DNA of 63,300 nt, the filler included, from Hyphochytrium catenoides (Eukaryota; Protista; Hyphochytriomycota): the NCBI GenBank assembly GCA_900088475.1. It is 7 parts of 7 records of this genome, joined end to end, with 100 filler letters (N's around TTAATTAATTAA, not from the genome) between each part and the next. Parts side by side here need not be neighbours in the genome. Positions count along the whole stretch, not along the records: positions 56,793 to 63,300 come from FLMG01003722.1; 6 more parts are not named here. One strand, 5' to 3'. Shown here in pieces: positions 60,966 to 63,300 of this stretch; the first letter of the stretch is position 1; each line of letters opens with the position of its first letter. The notes beneath the pieces were generated by a model. It was not told where the DNA came from, did not search any database, and was given only the letters and a program-made list of their open reading frames with translations. The translations under genes were made by a program, and so were the position numbers.

Positions 60966-62694
60966 CAGAAAGAGAGAAGTGAGGGAAAGGGTAATGAAAG
61001 GCAACTCTTCGGACAAGGGAGAGAAGAGAAACGTTTACCTGGGAGAGAGAACTGAGCGAGCGCCCAGGTTAAGGGTTGAAAAAGAGAGAGACAGATGAGC
61101 ACTTGAATCCGCAAGAGGAGAAAAGCCGCTGGGACGCCAGCACAGTCGAGCCTCTCTTATCAAATTTCTCCCCTTTCCTTCCCCGATCCTCCGCTTTTCT
61201 CTCTCTCTTTCTTTCTCTCCTACTTGTAGGGCAGACCGTCGCCTGACGGGACGATGCTGTTGATAGAGAAGATAGGGCGACCATTCTCTTTCAACTTTCC
61301 CTGGGACAGGTTCCCTCTCACGACTGAAGTCTGGACATTGGCAGGAGACGTAAGAAAACAAAAAGACGACTCTCTCTTCTGCTTGGCGGCATTCTCTCTC
61401 TTCCGGGCAAGCACTGAGATCATGAGCATTTACAACTTTCTTCCTTGCCACCCTGATATCGGAGTGCTGATATTTTGCATCTCTCTCTCTTTCTTTCTCT
61501 CCTCTCTCTCTCTCTTTCTCTCCCTTCCCCTCCTCCTCTTCCTTTCTTCCTATCTTTCATTCTTTGTTGCACCCACAATCTCTGTCTTCTTTATCTCTGT
61601 CTCTTCACTNNNNNNNNNNNNNNNNNNNNNNNNNNNNNNNNNNNNNNNNNNNNNNNNNNNNNNNNNNNNNNNNNNNNNNNNNNNCCCTCTCTCTCTCTCT
61701 TCTCTCGCTCTCGCTCTCTCGCTCTCTCTCTCTCTCTCTCTCTTTGGCTCTACGTTCTGTGGAGATAAGTTGGTTCGTTGTGTCGCTGCTCGGCCGTTGG
61801 CAGACGAGATTCCTATCAGCTTCGATGCCAGGAGGAAGGGTCCACGAGGCGTCACGTGGAGGCCAGACAAGGGTAACTTTCTGCTGTGGTCCCGGACTCT
61901 CTCCCTGTTTCTGCAGCGCGCATTTCCCTCTCTTTTACTCTCTCTTTTCCTCTCTCTCTCCAACCAGAACTTTTCTCCTTCTCCTCCTCTCGATTTTGTT
62001 CCCTCGTCGTCTCGTCTTTGTCTTGATTTCTTGTGGTCTCCTCCTTCCGGGAGTAAGGGCCTTAGGCTCTTTCTTTGGCCTTAGGCTCTTTTTCTCTCTC
62101 TCTCTCTCTCTCTGTCCCTCTCTCTGTCTCTCTGTGTCTCTCTCTCTTTTTGGCTGACTGTTTGATCGCTTCAGACGGTTCGTCTCTTTCTGACGTTACT
62201 CTTTGTCTCCCGCGCTCTTTGCGCGGTTGGCTCTCGCTCTTTAGGCTTGTCTTTATGATCCTCTCTCTCCGTTTTAAAAGTTGTCTTTCCTCCGCTGCCC
62301 TATCCTCTCGCAATCAGTTCTATTGCCCTGACAGTTCCCCTTGTTTCCCGACTCTTCTCTTCTTTTTGGTCCTCTCTCTCCTTGATCAGACGCGTCTCTT
62401 TGGTGGTCTGAGGCTCTCGATGGCGGTGATCCCGCCGTGGAGACAGAAGTCCGAGACTCTGTCTGGATCCTTGGAGAGAAAGAGATAAAAGAGAAAGGAG
62501 GAGAGCCTCGTAAGCTGATGGACTTGCAGCTGAGAGCAAAGTAAGCTCTTTCTCTCTCTTCTTTTTCCACTTTTGCTCTGCTATCGTCTCTCCTCGCCGT
62601 ATTACTTAGCTTCATTGCTCTCTCTCGCCATTTTAGTTGCCTTCTAGTGCCCATCACTGTCATTGGGCAATGTTTCTGGCCACTTTCTATTCTT

Positions 62695-62725
<31 letters not shown>

Positions 62726-63130
62726 TTCTCTCTCTCTCTCTTTCTCTCTCCCTCTCTCTCTCCCCCTCTCTCTTCTCTTTTTCTCTCTCTCTCTCTCTCT
62801 CCCTCTCTCTCTCTCCCTCCAACCCGTTTCCTCTGTCCCTTCCCTCTTCCTCCTTTCCCTCTCTCTTCCCCTTCCTCCCCATCATGTTTTTTTCATACGT
62901 GCCTACTCTGCTGCCCCGCTTCCTCCTCAATTTCCTCTTCTCTCTTGTCCTTCTTCTTTCAGGTCAATTGTTTGGTCAGAGGAGGGCTTTGCCATTGTGT
63001 CTGAGGTTTGGTGGAAGACGCGGCGGCGGGTGAGCTGGCTGGTCAGGACGGCCAGGGAGAGCGCGGAGAGAGAAGAGAAAGGCGCTGGCGCTGTCTTTAG
63101 AAAGCTCTTTGACTATTCTTTCGAGGATCG
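59733..63130 (+). CDS. S9-family peptidase, glutamyl endopeptidase (CGEP/S9D)-like beta-propeller region; both ends missing
   Basis: Exons 59733-59869, 60125-60421, 60744-60839, 61230-61349, 61770-61872, 62390-62540, 62963-63130. Motifs: FSPKGDRVAF, RTYQDLLK, FEFYVTSQ, PSPDG..RPFS..RFP, RKGPRGVTWRPD, EALDGGDP, WWKTRR, LFDYSFEDR. Confidence 0.88.
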
Positions 63131-63300
63131 GTAGGGACGCTGAAGCCAATGAGTTTCTCCTCTTCTCTTCTCTTTCCCATCGTTCTGTTACCTTTCTCTT
63201 TCTCCGTTTTCCTATCATCGACACTGTCTTTTATTTCTGTTCTCTCTCTTCTTCTTCCTCTCCCGTCGCAGTCCTCTTTCCCTTCTATCCCTCGCTCTTC

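Larger units (their letters stand above)
32945..63300. repeat. Pervasive (GA)n/(TC)n microsatellite and low-complexity tracts in introns and intergenic DNA (also near 6.1, 23.5-27.1 kb; absent from contig 51215-53203)
   Basis: Dozens of perfect and imperfect dinucleotide runs. Several contig ends and N gaps fall in or next to them. Confidence 0.95.

Noticed and set aside
32799-63224. Scores of ORFs rich in SLSLSL or RERERE
   Set aside because: They are translations of (TC)n/(GA)n tracts, which lack stop codons. Only the non-repetitive GT-AG-bounded islands were kept.

Overview
Eukaryotic (protist, plausibly stramenopile; lineage is inference) genomic DNA with GT-AG introns and very dense (GA)n/(TC)n microsatellites. 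The window is not one locus. Six artificial 100-bp spacers (N44-TTAATTAATTAA-N44) join seven contigs (1-7077, 7178-23817, 23918-43203, 43304-51114, 51215-53203, 53304-56692, 56793-63300), so gene neighbourhoods hold only within a contig. Most short ORFs in the supplied track are microsatellite noise. Manual splicing supports: ACR3 arsenite exporter; a 9-exon NADPH/FAD reductase of the cytochrome-P450-reductase type that lacks the flavodoxin domain and has an OXLD1-like CCxxxCxxC domain instead; the last exon of P5C reductase; p24/TMED; a Mic10-like microprotein; a Net1/Dnt1-N-like basic protein; PIG-S; 3R-Myb; a bulb-type lectin; class I HMG-CoA reductase; a membrane-anchored GH16; a prokaryote-like GH114/TM1410 hydrolase fragment; DAG lipase; a Man1/Src1-like nuclear envelope protein; a CRE-type retrotransposon fragment; a methyltransferase tail; a WRKY19-like zinc-finger protein; and an S9 glutamyl-endopeptidase-like peptidase. 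There is also a ~400-bp foldback inverted repeat. Best novelty candidates: (1) the OXLD1-CPR fusion reductase, (2) recurrent introns with 5' (GA)n and 3' (TC)n complementary arms that could bridge splice sites, (3) intronless glycan-active genes that may be horizontally acquired. All family calls rest on motif recognition only; no database search was run.
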